A stretch of DNA of 45,667 bases from Planctomycetota bacterium (GTDB taxonomy: Bacteria > Planctomycetota > GCA-002687715 > DRQF01). The notes beneath the pieces are model-generated. The model saw only the letters and a list, made by a program, of their open reading frames with translations, searched no databases and had not been told where the DNA came from. How positions within the stretch are numbered: the stretch's first letter is position 1; each line of letters opens with the position of its first letter. Made by a program: the position numbers and the translations under genes. Below, piece by piece: positions 18,010 to 26,542 of this stretch. Where the stretch lies: contig JAZGFI010000116.1 in NCBI GenBank assembly GCA_036479435.1, forward strand, positions 1 through 45,667, read 5' to 3'.

Positions 18010-19531
18010 GACGAAGGACAGCGTTCTCTCCATTTTCATGCCACGGGCTGGACAACATTGGATGATCGCGGCCCTTATCTTCGTGGTTTGGTCGTCGATG
18101 GGAATCGCTGCGCTGGCCCAAAACGAAGGCGGCGACTCCAAGGCAAGTGATGAGCATGAGCATGAGCGCCGACGGCAGATTGAATTCCGACAAAAAAAGG
18201 CGAAGGCGAGCATGGAAGAGCTCGAAGTTCGCATGTTTCAGCTGTCGGAGCTCATCCGAAAACTCGAACCCGATCATGCCGCTCGCCTGGTCCTTGGGCT
18301 CCAAAAATCACGTGAAGAGCTGATTGTCGACGAGATGCAGTCGATCTCGAGATTCGTCAAAGAGGGAAAGTTCGACGAAGCCGAGGAAATGCAAAGGCGG
18401 GTCATCTTTCGCCTCAACGAACTTCGGGACCTGTTGTTGTCGACCGATTTGGATTTGTTGTTGAAGCTACAACGGCTTCGAAAGCTCAACAAAGCACTTA
18501 AGAACGTCGAGAAGATCCAGTCGGAGCAAGACCGTCTGGCAAAAGCTGCCGCCGAACTTGCCAAGAAGGAAGAATTGGACGCCGCCGATAAGAAGAAACT
18601 GAAGAAGTTGGCACGGTCTCAGAAGGACAACCGCAAGCGATCCGATTTATTGCAAAGCGATCTCAACGATATCGCCGATGCGGAGATGAAGAGTCCGAAG
18701 GCCCTCAAAAACGCCTCCGAGGAGATGAAGAAGGCTGAGAAGAAACTCAAAGGTGGCGATGCCAATGAGGCCGAGGAGAAGGGCAGTCAGGCCAAGAAGA
18801 AAGTAGACGAGGCCGAAAAGGACATGTCCGAAGCGCGCAAGCGCTTACTCCAAGAGCTACAACCCTTCATCCGAAAGGCCATCATCGAGACCTTGTTGGC
18901 GATGATCGAAAAACAACAAATCATCGACGAAGAGCTGGCGCACCGCAGCGGCAAGCTGAAGGCAAAACCCGGTCGCAAACGGCGCGCCCTCAGCGACAAG
19001 GCCATGACCGACGGCGCCCGCGAAATTCAGACTCTCGCCAAGAATGCGCTGCAGCTCTTAGAGGAAACCGAGTACGCGGCGGCGCTACCTTGGGCCTTGC
19101 GCTACATTCAAGAGTGGGCCGAGCCCAACGTTGGGGCATTTATGAAGGGCTCCTTTGGGCTCGCCGAATTACGACGTGGCAAAAAGATCGAAAAAGACGC
19201 CAAAGAGCTGGTCAGCATTCTCGTCGAAGAGGATCGATTCGCGAAACAAAATGAAGACAAACCCAAGGCGCTTGAGGTCATCAAGCTCTTGGCTGAGCTG
19301 AGGACGTTGCGGCTCCTACAAGATCGGATTCACGCTGATACAACGCTGGCCGACAAAGGCCAACTCTCCGGTCTGAGCCCGGAAGAACAACAGATCCTGC
19401 GGAAAGTGCAGGGTATTCGTGATTGGGAAGTGGTGATCCAAAACATCACTAAAGAGATCGAAAAACGTGGTGGCACTGAGCACCTACGTGGCGATAATGA
19501 GGAAGGTATCGAAGATGATGAATTTTTCTAG
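17999..19531 (+). CDS. Exported or anchored long coiled-coil protein
   Basis: N-terminal hydrophobic segment, then E/K/Q-rich heptads and LLAELRTLRLLQ. Overlaps both neighbours. Confidence 0.75.
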   Translation: MASKTKDSVLSIFMPRAGQHWMIAALIFVVWSSMGIAALAQNEGGDSKASDEHEHERRRQIEFRQKKAKASMEELEVRMFQLSELIRKLEPDHAARLVLGLQKSREELIVDEMQSISRFVKEGKFDEAEEMQRRVIFRLNELRDLLLSTDLDLLLKLQRLRKLNKALKNVEKIQSEQDRLAKAAAELAKKEELDAADKKKLKKLARSQKDNRKRSDLLQSDLNDIADAEMKSPKALKNASEEMKKAEKKLKGGDANEAEEKGSQAKKKVDEAEKDMSEARKRLLQELQPFIRKAIIETLLAMIEKQQIIDEELAHRSGKLKAKPGRKRRALSDKAMTDGAREIQTLAKNALQLLEETEYAAALPWALRYIQEWAEPNVGAFMKGSFGLAELRRGKKIEKDAKELVSILVEEDRFAKQNEDKPKALEVIKLLAELRTLRLLQDRIHADTTLADKGQLSGLSPEEQQILRKVQGIRDWEVVIQNITKEIEKRGGTEHLRGDNEEGIEDDEFF

Positions 19532-20165
19532 GAGACTCGCTGTGCCGCGATTGACACTAAGTGTCGTCCTTGGTCTTTGCGCATCATTGTGGCTGGCTGG
19601 TTCAGTCTTTGCGCAACAAACCGAAGACGACTGCAACGGCCAAGACGGCTGTGATATTTGCAGCAAAGAAGTTCCGGAGCCGATGGCTCCCATCGACGAG
19701 GAAGACCCACTTGGCGATGTCGCCAAACGCATGGGAAAAGTTGCGGTCGATCTGGGCCGGGGGCAGACGGATAAAAAAGTTCAACGCAAGCAACGCGAAA
19801 TCGTCTCGCAGCTCGATACTTTGATCGAGCGCCTGCGCCGCAAGGCGGGGGGCTGAGACAGTGGGAGCTGAAATGGCTCCGGAAAAGGCCGCGGTCGCGG
19901 TCGAGGAAACGGTGGCAACAATCCCAAAAATCCCGCTAAAGAATCCGCGCTCCTAAAGGGCCCGGGTGGAGTGGGCGCTCTGCAGAAAAAGGGCAGCAAC
20001 ACGACTCAGTTCGGCGACTTGCCGCCCAAGCTGCGCGACAAGATTTTGCAAGCGCGCAAACGAGGTTTCCCCAAGGGCTACGAGAAGATCCTCGAGAGCT
20101 ACTACAAGCGACTGGCCAACAAGGCCAAAGAAGCCCGAGAATCCAAAAAGACCAAAGCAAACTAG
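19515..20165 (+). CDS. Putative secreted selenoprotein with two in-frame UGA codons (U114-DSGS-U119), 216 aa
   Basis: ORFs 19467-19856 and 19971-20165 are in the same frame and separated only by TGA at 19854 and 19869. Read-through gives RRKAGG*DSGS*NGSGKGRG...FGDLPPKLRDKILQ...FPKGYEKILESYYKRLA, ending in TAG. SECIS-like hairpins follow. Signal peptide from the ATG at 19515. Confidence 0.7.
19864..19880 (+). promoter_or_regulatory. Candidate bacterial SECIS hairpin for UGA 19854
   Basis: GGAGCU/GGCUCC 6-bp stem with loop GAAAU that starts with G. The loop begins 14 nt after the UGA, which is somewhat short. Confidence 0.4.
19887..19902 (+). promoter_or_regulatory. Candidate bacterial SECIS hairpin for UGA 19869
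   Basis: GGCCGC-GGUC-GCGGUC. The apical GGUC matches the E. coli fdhF SECIS tip, and the loop begins 22 nt after the UGA. Confidence 0.6.
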
Positions 20166-20235
20166 TCACCAAGGGCGCCAGGCACGACGCCGTCACTTTT
20201 CCGTGCCAGGCACCGTACGTTCACGAGAGCCGTTG

Positions 20236-21423
20236 ATGCGTCTAGTCTCTGTTTTTTTGTGCGCCCTGTGGTTGGGCGCACCCAGTCTCTCCGCCCAAAA
20301 AAAGATCCATTACGCCAAGGAGCTTAAGGGCTTCTTCAAGGACGTTGACGCCAACTATCCCTTCTTCAAGTCGAAGGGCATCGAGAAGGATTGGAAGAAG
20401 AGCAAGGCCTCGCTTCGCAAGCGAGCGAAGGCCTGCAAGGACGACGTCACCTTCGTGATGATCGTCAAAGAAGCGATCGACAAACTTCGCGATGGGCACG
20501 CGAGCTTTAGGGCCGTGCGTCCGAAGATGCCTCGAATCGAAGCGGAGTATTTCCCCGGCATTTCGCTGTTGCCCGCTTCTAAGGGCCGAGTTGTGGTGAT
20601 GTCGACCATCAAGGCCTTGGCCAAGGATTTCCCGCCGGGGACCCTCATTACAAAGATCAATGGTAAGGGCGCGCGAGCCTACTTGGATGCGCAATCCAAG
20701 GCGGCTTGGGATCGAGGAGGCTACTTTTCGAGCCCACAGCGGGCGCGCCTCATTGAATACCGCTTGCCATTTCGGGGCAAGCAGGGGGAGTCTTTCAAGC
20801 TTCAGTACCGAAGCAAGAACCGGACTAGAAACAAGAAGTTACGGGCTACTCGGAAAGTGGGGCCTTGGCCCAAGAACTATCATTTACCCGAGGGTTTGGT
20901 GGCCCTTGGCGATTCGATTTTCCACGTCGCCTTGTCGAAAGACCTTGGCTATTGCTGGATGACGGCCATGGGGGCCGCGGCGGAGGAGAACCTGAAAAAA
21001 GTCCAGGCGGCACACCCCAAAGTGGGGTCGTGGATTCTCGATCTGCGGGGCAACAAAGGTGGTGGTTACGCCAAGTCCATGAAGACGACGATCCGAGGTT
21101 TCGGCACATCAGTTGCGGTGATCGTCGACGCCGGGAGCATTTCGGCCGCGGAGACATTTGCGCGCGACCTCGTGGAAGTCTGCCGAGGTCGCCTCTTCGG
21201 GGCCACGACGGCGGGATCATCATCGACGAAACGAGTTTTCGAATTCCCCTCTAAGGTTGCGTCCGTGCGCTACTCGGTGGGAGCCCGCCGCGGCCTCAAA
21301 GGAAAGCCAATTGAGTTCTTCGGAATCCTATCCCACGAACGACTAGAAGCGGATCCCGAAGACTTGGCCGCAGGCCGTAACACCGAGATCGAAGCCGCTA
21401 AGAAGTGGCTCCGATCAAAATGA
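20236..21423 (+). CDS. S41 family peptidase, exported
   Basis: Signal peptide from the ATG at 20236, YPFF..KGI..DW, LRDGHA, ILDLRGNKGG, and SISAAETF. Confidence 0.88.
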   Translation: MRLVSVFLCALWLGAPSLSAQKKIHYAKELKGFFKDVDANYPFFKSKGIEKDWKKSKASLRKRAKACKDDVTFVMIVKEAIDKLRDGHASFRAVRPKMPRIEAEYFPGISLLPASKGRVVVMSTIKALAKDFPPGTLITKINGKGARAYLDAQSKAAWDRGGYFSSPQRARLIEYRLPFRGKQGESFKLQYRSKNRTRNKKLRATRKVGPWPKNYHLPEGLVALGDSIFHVALSKDLGYCWMTAMGAAAEENLKKVQAAHPKVGSWILDLRGNKGGGYAKSMKTTIRGFGTSVAVIVDAGSISAAETFARDLVEVCRGRLFGATTAGSSSTKRVFEFPSKVASVRYSVGARRGLKGKPIEFFGILSHERLEADPEDLAAGRNTEIEAAKKWLRSK

Positions 21424-21451
21424 ATACTCGGTGCCAGGCATCCGCTGGTCA

Positions 21452-22012
21452 CTAATCAAGATTGAAGTAGTGGCCGAGGTCGGCGAGTCTTGGGAATCGC
21501 CGGTCACGGTCGTTGATGACGGCGTCGGTTTCGGCGACGCCCCAGTCGATGCCGAGTTCAGGATCGTTCCACAAGAGCCCGCGTTCTTGTTCTCGCGAGT
21601 AGCGGGCATTCACCTTGTAGAGAACTTCGGTATCGGGTTCGAGCGTCGCGAAACCGTGCGCGAATCCTCGCGGCACGAAGAGCTGTTCACCGGCGGCTGC
21701 GGTTAGCTTGACGGCGACGTGGCGGCCAAAGGTCGGCGAGCCGATGCGGATATCAACGGCCACGTCCAGCACGGAACCTCGGGCGACGCGCACTAACTTG
21801 GCTTGCGCAACCGGCGGTATTTGAAAATGGAGGCCGCGAACCACACCGGCAGCGCGGCTAAGCGAGTGGTTGTCTTGGACGAAGTCGGTGGGCAAGCCCG
21901 CATTTGAAAAAACCTGAGCGTTGAAAGTCTCGCTGAAAAAACCGCGCTCGTCTTCAAAGCGGGGCGGCATGTATATTTTGACCTCATCGAGGTCCGTGTC
22001 GCGAAATGGCAT
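21452..22012 (-). CDS. rfbC: dTDP-4-dehydrorhamnose 3,5-epimerase
   Basis: DERGFFSETF, FVQDNHSLS, GVVRGLHFQ, DVAVDIRIGSPTFG, VPRGFAHGF. AGGAG RBS before the ATG at 22012. Confidence 0.97.
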   Translation of the reverse strand: MPFRDTDLDEVKIYMPPRFEDERGFFSETFNAQVFSNAGLPTDFVQDNHSLSRAAGVVRGLHFQIPPVAQAKLVRVARGSVLDVAVDIRIGSPTFGRHVAVKLTAAAGEQLFVPRGFAHGFATLEPDTEVLYKVNARYSREQERGLLWNDPELGIDWGVAETDAVINDRDRRFPRLADLGHYFNLD

Positions 22013-22094
22013 GCTTGTCTCCTGGGGCCCGACCTTAACTCGGTGCCGGGGCAATATCTCGCGAGGTCGAAAGCTAGAGGAGCCTGTTCGCAAC

Positions 22095-22736
22095 CTACTC
22101 GTATTCCGCCGCTTGCAGCTCCAGTTCGCGATAGATTTCTTTGGGAACTCGCTCGGCGAAGTGGCTTTTGGCCCGATGGTAGCGAACGGCCACGGTGCTG
22201 GCCTCTAGACCCAGGCGCTCTGCGGCCTCTGCATTTGAAAGGCCCTCCATCCCACGGAGTACCAAGACGGATCGGTCATCGTCGCTGAGGCATTGCAGGG
22301 CGTAAGTGATCAGTTGGGCGAGATCGCCTTGTGAGGCGCGACGCACGGCGTCGCGAGTTTCGGCGGGCAGGCGCCTCAGAAGAGAATCTTGGCGCGGGCC
22401 GCGGTCGCGTTGCTTGACCCGGCGAATTTCGCGACGAAGTAGTTCTGAGTGGCGGTTGATCAAGATCTTCGACAAGAAACCGATGATGCAGGGGCTGTAG
22501 CTTCCATTGCGTATTTCGATGTCCGCCAAGCGGGGTAGCGCTACGGCCCAAACGTCGCCGACAAGATCTTCAGCCTCGCTCGAATCGAGGTTCGTTCCGG
22601 TCAGGCGTACCCGTGCTTGGCATTTCAGCATGGGGCTGAACCGGGACACGATCCACTCCAGAGCTTCGGCCTCGCCCGCGAGTGCGAAACGGAACTTCAT
22701 CGTCGTTTCCGACGGCTTGCGACTGTTTGGGTTCAT
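22095..22736 (-). CDS. ECF-type RNA polymerase sigma factor
   Basis: Region 2-like AEDLVGDVW and region 4 LSDDDRSVLVLRGMEGLSNAEAAERLG...VAVRYHRA. Confidence 0.88.
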   Translation of the reverse strand: MNPNSRKPSETTMKFRFALAGEAEALEWIVSRFSPMLKCQARVRLTGTNLDSSEAEDLVGDVWAVALPRLADIEIRNGSYSPCIIGFLSKILINRHSELLRREIRRVKQRDRGPRQDSLLRRLPAETRDAVRRASQGDLAQLITYALQCLSDDDRSVLVLRGMEGLSNAEAAERLGLEASTVAVRYHRAKSHFAERVPKEIYRELELQAAEYE

Positions 22737-22778
22737 CTCCCACCTTCTTCCTACATTGGATCATGGCAGAGATAGTAG

Positions 22779-22811
22779 AAAAAAACGGGTCCGAGCTTAA
22801 GCTCGAACCCG
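22779..22811 (-). terminator. Intrinsic terminator
   Basis: On the minus strand, CGGGTTCGAGC-TTAA-GCTCGGACCCG (11-bp stem with one GU pair) followed by seven T. Confidence 0.85.
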
Positions 22812-22896
22812 CCCCCTCATCGAAGTACGCCTGAGTTATCGCAGTACGGCGGCTGTTGTGCCGAGTTGACCCACCGACCTGTCAGCGTTGGATCAC

Positions 22897-23082
22897 TCAG
22901 AATCGAAGTTGCCAGTCAAATCGCGATTTCCGCGCCGAAGGCCGCCGACTGCGATCAGAGGGTTTGCACTCGAAACTTCGCGCAAGTTGTAGTGTGGGTG
23001 TTTTCACGGTCAACGGCAGAAGTTTAGGGTGCGATACGTGGGGGAAAACCACGGTGCATGACTTGATTGACTGGTCGTTCAT
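22897..23082 (-). CDS. Small hypothetical protein (61 aa)
   Basis: GGAGG 5 nt before the ATG and a terminator downstream. No recognisable domain. Confidence 0.4.
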   Translation of the reverse strand: MNDQSIKSCTVVFPHVSHPKLLPLTVKTPTLQLARSFECKPSDRSRRPSARKSRFDWQLRF

Positions 23083-23233
23083 GATGGCCTCCGGGATGGC
23101 CGCATCGCCTACCGACTTGGCCCTTCCAAAGGGATCAATGACTCGGGAAGGCGATTCGTTACCGAAAAAATCGCAGTTTTATGAAAATGGGATCTCAGAG
23201 CCCGCGAGGAGGCACTCGTGTAGATCTGATGAT

Positions 23234-23908
23234 CTAGTGGAGAGGAGCCAAGAGATAGCCTCGGCCTCGCCGCGTGTGGAGGAGTCGGGGGTGCGGTGCA
23301 CGCTCGATCTTTTTTCGCAAGTAACCGACGTAGACGTCGACGACGTTGCTCGAGGCAGTTGATGTGTCGTCGTAGACGTGCTGCCAGATCTCACTCCGTG
23401 AAACCACCTCGCCCTGACGAAAGGCCAGGAACTCTAAGAGGGCGTATTCCTTGGCGGTCAAAAGAATGACGTCACCGGCCACGCGAACCGACTTGTCTGT
23501 GGTGTTGATTTCGACATGGCCGACCGAAATGACGGGGTCACGTGAGGTGTAAGCTCTGCGAATGAGGGCGCGAACCCGCGCCAAGAGTTCGTCGATCTCG
23601 AAGGGTTTGACGACGTAGTCGTCGGCTCCGCAGTCCAATCCAGCGATGCGGTCTTTGAGGCCGCCGCGCCCCGACAAGATAAGGATTTGGCTTTGGACGT
23701 CGTTGTCTCGTAGCTGGCGGACAACATCCAGTCCACCGATTCGAGGTATATTCAGGTCTAAAACGATGACGTCGTAGTCGGAACTTTGGGCCATCGCCAC
23801 GGCATCGGCACCATTGTCCGTCTGGTCTACGGAGAACTCCTGGTCGATGAGTTCACGAACGACAGCAAGCCGAATGGGTTCGTAGTCTTCAACAACTAAG
23901 ATGCGCAT
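23234..23908 (-). CDS. OmpR-family DNA-binding response regulator
   Basis: RILVVED, YDVIVLDL, GADDYVVKPF, LTAKEYALLEFL, NVVDVYVGYLRKKI, HTRRGRGY. Confidence 0.95.
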   Translation of the reverse strand: MRILVVEDYEPIRLAVVRELIDQEFSVDQTDNGADAVAMAQSSDYDVIVLDLNIPRIGGLDVVRQLRDNDVQSQILILSGRGGLKDRIAGLDCGADDYVVKPFEIDELLARVRALIRRAYTSRDPVISVGHVEINTTDKSVRVAGDVILLTAKEYALLEFLAFRQGEVVSRSEIWQHVYDDTSTASSNVVDVYVGYLRKKIERAPHPRLLHTRRGRGYLLAPLH

Positions 23909-24223
23909 GTGTTTCGTCGCTCGAAATACCTATCGCCGGTCAAAAAAGGTGTCGCCTCGACTAGCGGCTCGCACCTTACTCCTAAGACGTTTCGAATCCC
24001 CCGACATTTCGAATCATGTGTCCGCTTATTTCAGGACAAACGCCAAACTTTGGATTCCGCTTGACACTGATTCTCAGGCCAGATTGATGAGCGTTGAATG
24101 AGGCTAGACCACCGCTCCCTAAGCCGTGCTGAGGAACCGCTTTTCATTTCCTCGACGGATCGCTATGACGGAGTGCGCCTGGTAAACCCAGTTTTGCCGT
24201 TTCTTGTTGAAGGGAGTTGGCCG

Positions 24224-25066
24224 GTGAAGTCTCTTTCGGTTCTGTCGATGGCGTCAGTCAACGATGTCGAGCATGACCCCTTTGCTCATCTGGTCGTGGA
24301 CAATTGTCTCGACACGGAAGATTACCGACAGCTTGCGGCGAACTTCCCGGACCCGGTGCGATTTCAGGCGCCAGGCCTTGTGCTGCAAGCGAATCAAGCC
24401 GTACGCATCCCCGCCAGCACGGTGATCAGCTCCGAGGAGTTTTCGGCGCCGTGGCGTGACTTTTTCCGACACCATACTTCCCAGGATTTTTGGGACGAGA
24501 TCGTCGAAGTCATGGGAGACGCTATTCGAAAACGCCACCCCGACTTGGAGCAAAAATCCGGGCGGCGACTTGAGGATTGGCGAGCGAAGCTGCGCGGCAG
24601 CCCTGGCGTGGCGGATATCGAGCTTGACTGTCTTTTTGTGATCAACACCCCGGCGCAGAAGTTGACGTCGGTGCGTCCGGCTCACGTGGACTTCGAGGAG
24701 AAAGTCTTTGCGGGACTCCTTTACTTGAGGGAGGCGGAAGACCCGACGAGTGGCGGCGACCTCGCTCTCTACAAGTTTCGGGCTCAACCGGCATTCGGCG
24801 GCCACTATGCTCGCCTCAATGACCTTCATGAGACGCATCGGATCGCCTATGGCAGCAATCGATTCGTGGCCTTTGTCAATGGCGAAGACAGCATCCACGG
24901 GGTGACCCCGAGGGCGCCCTCGGACCGAGTGCGACGCTACATCAACTTCATCGCCTGCAGCCCCCACGCGTCTTTTCGGCTGCCCCGACTCGGCCCCCTG
25001 GCGCGCTGGCGGTTTTCGCGTGAGCGAAAACGAACGAAGAGTCCGGGTATCACCCTCGACTCTTAG
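24224..25066 (+). CDS. 2OG-Fe(II) oxygenase family protein
   Basis: DPFAHLVVDNCL, HVD metal ligands, GGDL, SIHGVTPR, RRYINF. Start GTG at 24224 follows AGGGAG but is uncertain. Confidence 0.8.
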   Translation: MKSLSVLSMASVNDVEHDPFAHLVVDNCLDTEDYRQLAANFPDPVRFQAPGLVLQANQAVRIPASTVISSEEFSAPWRDFFRHHTSQDFWDEIVEVMGDAIRKRHPDLEQKSGRRLEDWRAKLRGSPGVADIELDCLFVINTPAQKLTSVRPAHVDFEEKVFAGLLYLREAEDPTSGGDLALYKFRAQPAFGGHYARLNDLHETHRIAYGSNRFVAFVNGEDSIHGVTPRAPSDRVRRYINFIACSPHASFRLPRLGPLARWRFSRERKRTKSPGITLDS

Positions 25067-25175
25067 CGGCCATCTGCCAATTGCTCGGATTTTTCGAATC
25101 CTTCGCTGATCTCCTGCGTTTCGGAAGGAAGCGGACTTGGCCGAACTTGCACGGGACGGTCAAGTCACGCCTAAT

Positions 25176-25213
25176 ACCCCCGATGGTCACGCGACCTTCG
25201 GGGGTGTTTTCTT
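25176..25213 (+). terminator. Intrinsic terminator between convergent genes
   Basis: ACCCCCGA-T-GGTC-ACGC-GACC-T-TCGGGGGT hairpin followed by GTTTTCTT. Confidence 0.7.
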
Positions 25214-25223
25214 AGCTCACGGG

Positions 25224-25811
25224 CTATTCCTTGAAGACGGTATCGACGGCAAGGCCGGCGGCGAGAAGGAGCATGGCCTTGGCGGGGTCCGCGGTATCTT
25301 TAAGTGAGACAATGTAGTTGTCGGCGGAGGAGAAGAGCTCCTTGCCAATGCCAGCCCACTTTTTGGTGATGCTGCCCATTTCGTTCTCATCTTGATCGAG
25401 AAAGCGAAAATTCCAGCCCTTCCAATCGCCTTTCACTGTGGCGACCTCTTGGTCCGAGCTATTGAAAACTCGGAATGCGCCGCCGAGTGACATGAGTTTT
25501 CGCTTGAACCAGCCCACGACTTCGCCATTGGCATCGATGACCTCGACACGCGAGCGTAACAGCGTGAATCCCCGTTTAATCGAAAACAAAAGCTTGCTTT
25601 CATCTTTGGGATCAGTGCCTTCGTAGACCCGAATCTCAGTCGGCAAGGTTTGCTTGTTGATGAAGAACCGCAAGACATGTACGAGCCCGCCCGGGTTCTC
25701 CTTGGCGATCCCGATGGGCTCTTGGGTCTCGGCATCCAAGATGTCATAGGTGTCTGAAAGCTTCAGCATACCGACGTGCTCGCGGATAAAGAAAGTCGTT
25801 CTATTCAACAT
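25224..25811 (-). CDS. Phospholipid scramblase / LURP-one-like protein
   Basis: YDILDAETQEPIG, VKGDWKGWNF, ITKKWAGIGKELFSSADNY, and terminal helix LLLAAGLAVD. Confidence 0.85.
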   Translation of the reverse strand: MLNRTTFFIREHVGMLKLSDTYDILDAETQEPIGIAKENPGGLVHVLRFFINKQTLPTEIRVYEGTDPKDESKLLFSIKRGFTLLRSRVEVIDANGEVVGWFKRKLMSLGGAFRVFNSSDQEVATVKGDWKGWNFRFLDQDENEMGSITKKWAGIGKELFSSADNYIVSLKDTADPAKAMLLLAAGLAVDTVFKE

Positions 25812-26080
25812 GGTTCCATCCTCAGGCCGCATGGTTGCTTCATCTTTCAGCATCGACGCCCCGCATAGGCTAACTGGACTCAAGTTGCCTCATGCTCAAG
25901 CAAAAGATCGCTGTCAACAAGAGATATGTGGAGAACTTTCAATGGAGCGCCACTTCCCAAGTCCATCGCCCTCGCTCCGCAGCTGAGAAGAGAGGCCGAA
26001 GAGGAAAGTACAAAAGAGAAGTTAGACCACCCGACGCAAGTCTGGGTTCGATCTCTGTGAGCTTGACTTTGACCGAGCTC

Positions 26081-26542
26081 TTAGTGGTCGTGGTCGCCGA
26101 GGCTAGGGTTGTAGGTCTTGCCCTGAAATTCAAGCGAGACGCGCATGTTCTCGGGTTCTGTTTTTAAGATGTCGGCCTTGACGTGAAACTCGGCTGATTC
26201 GCCGGAGGCATTGGCGGCGAGAGTCTGAAGGATTTTCGGACCGTCAGCCGTGACAAGTTTCAGGACGGGTGGCTTAGCGATGGTGACCGGCGTCTCGGCG
26301 TCAGGTCCGGTCAGGTACAAAGCGATCGTCCCCGCCTTCAAGTCGTGGAGGATTTCCAAGTGACCGGCGGTGCCTAGCTCGATGAGATGGCCTCCGTTGG
26401 CGCCGTGATCGTGGGCGTGAGCGTCGGCGGTCGCGGGATCTGCCTTGTTGTCCGCATCACTGGCTTTGTCGCCGCAGGCGGTCAACAGCATCGAGAGCGT
26501 AAAGCCCACCGCAATGAGAATTGTCGTCGTCGTGTTCTTCAT
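26081..26542 (-). CDS. His-rich metal-binding lipoprotein accessory to RND efflux
   Basis: Lipobox LTAC, HAHDHGANGGHLIELG, and C-terminal DHDH. ATGA overlap with the pump gene. Confidence 0.8.
   Translation of the reverse strand: MKNTTTTILIAVGFTLSMLLTACGDKASDADNKADPATADAHAHDHGANGGHLIELGTAGHLEILHDLKAGTIALYLTGPDAETPVTIAKPPVLKLVTADGPKILQTLAANASGESAEFHVKADILKTEPENMRVSLEFQGKTYNPSLGDHDH

Noticed and set aside
19854..19871. Genome-wide TGA reassignment (code 4 or 25) as the cause of the in-frame TGAs
   Set aside because: TGA is clearly a stop elsewhere, as in the ATGA gene overlaps at 3325-3328, 11264-11267, 26539-26542, 31424-31427 and 44724-44727. No other gene shows internal TGAs.
19971..20165. 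Independent 64-aa gene starting at GTG 19971
   Set aside because: No well-spaced RBS, and the frame is open and protein-like back to the TGA at 19869. It is better explained as the C-terminus of the 19515 gene.
19966..20235. 90-aa N-terminal extension of the S41 peptidase
   Set aside because: It overlaps the preceding gene in another frame, and the signal peptide begins at the ATG at 20236.
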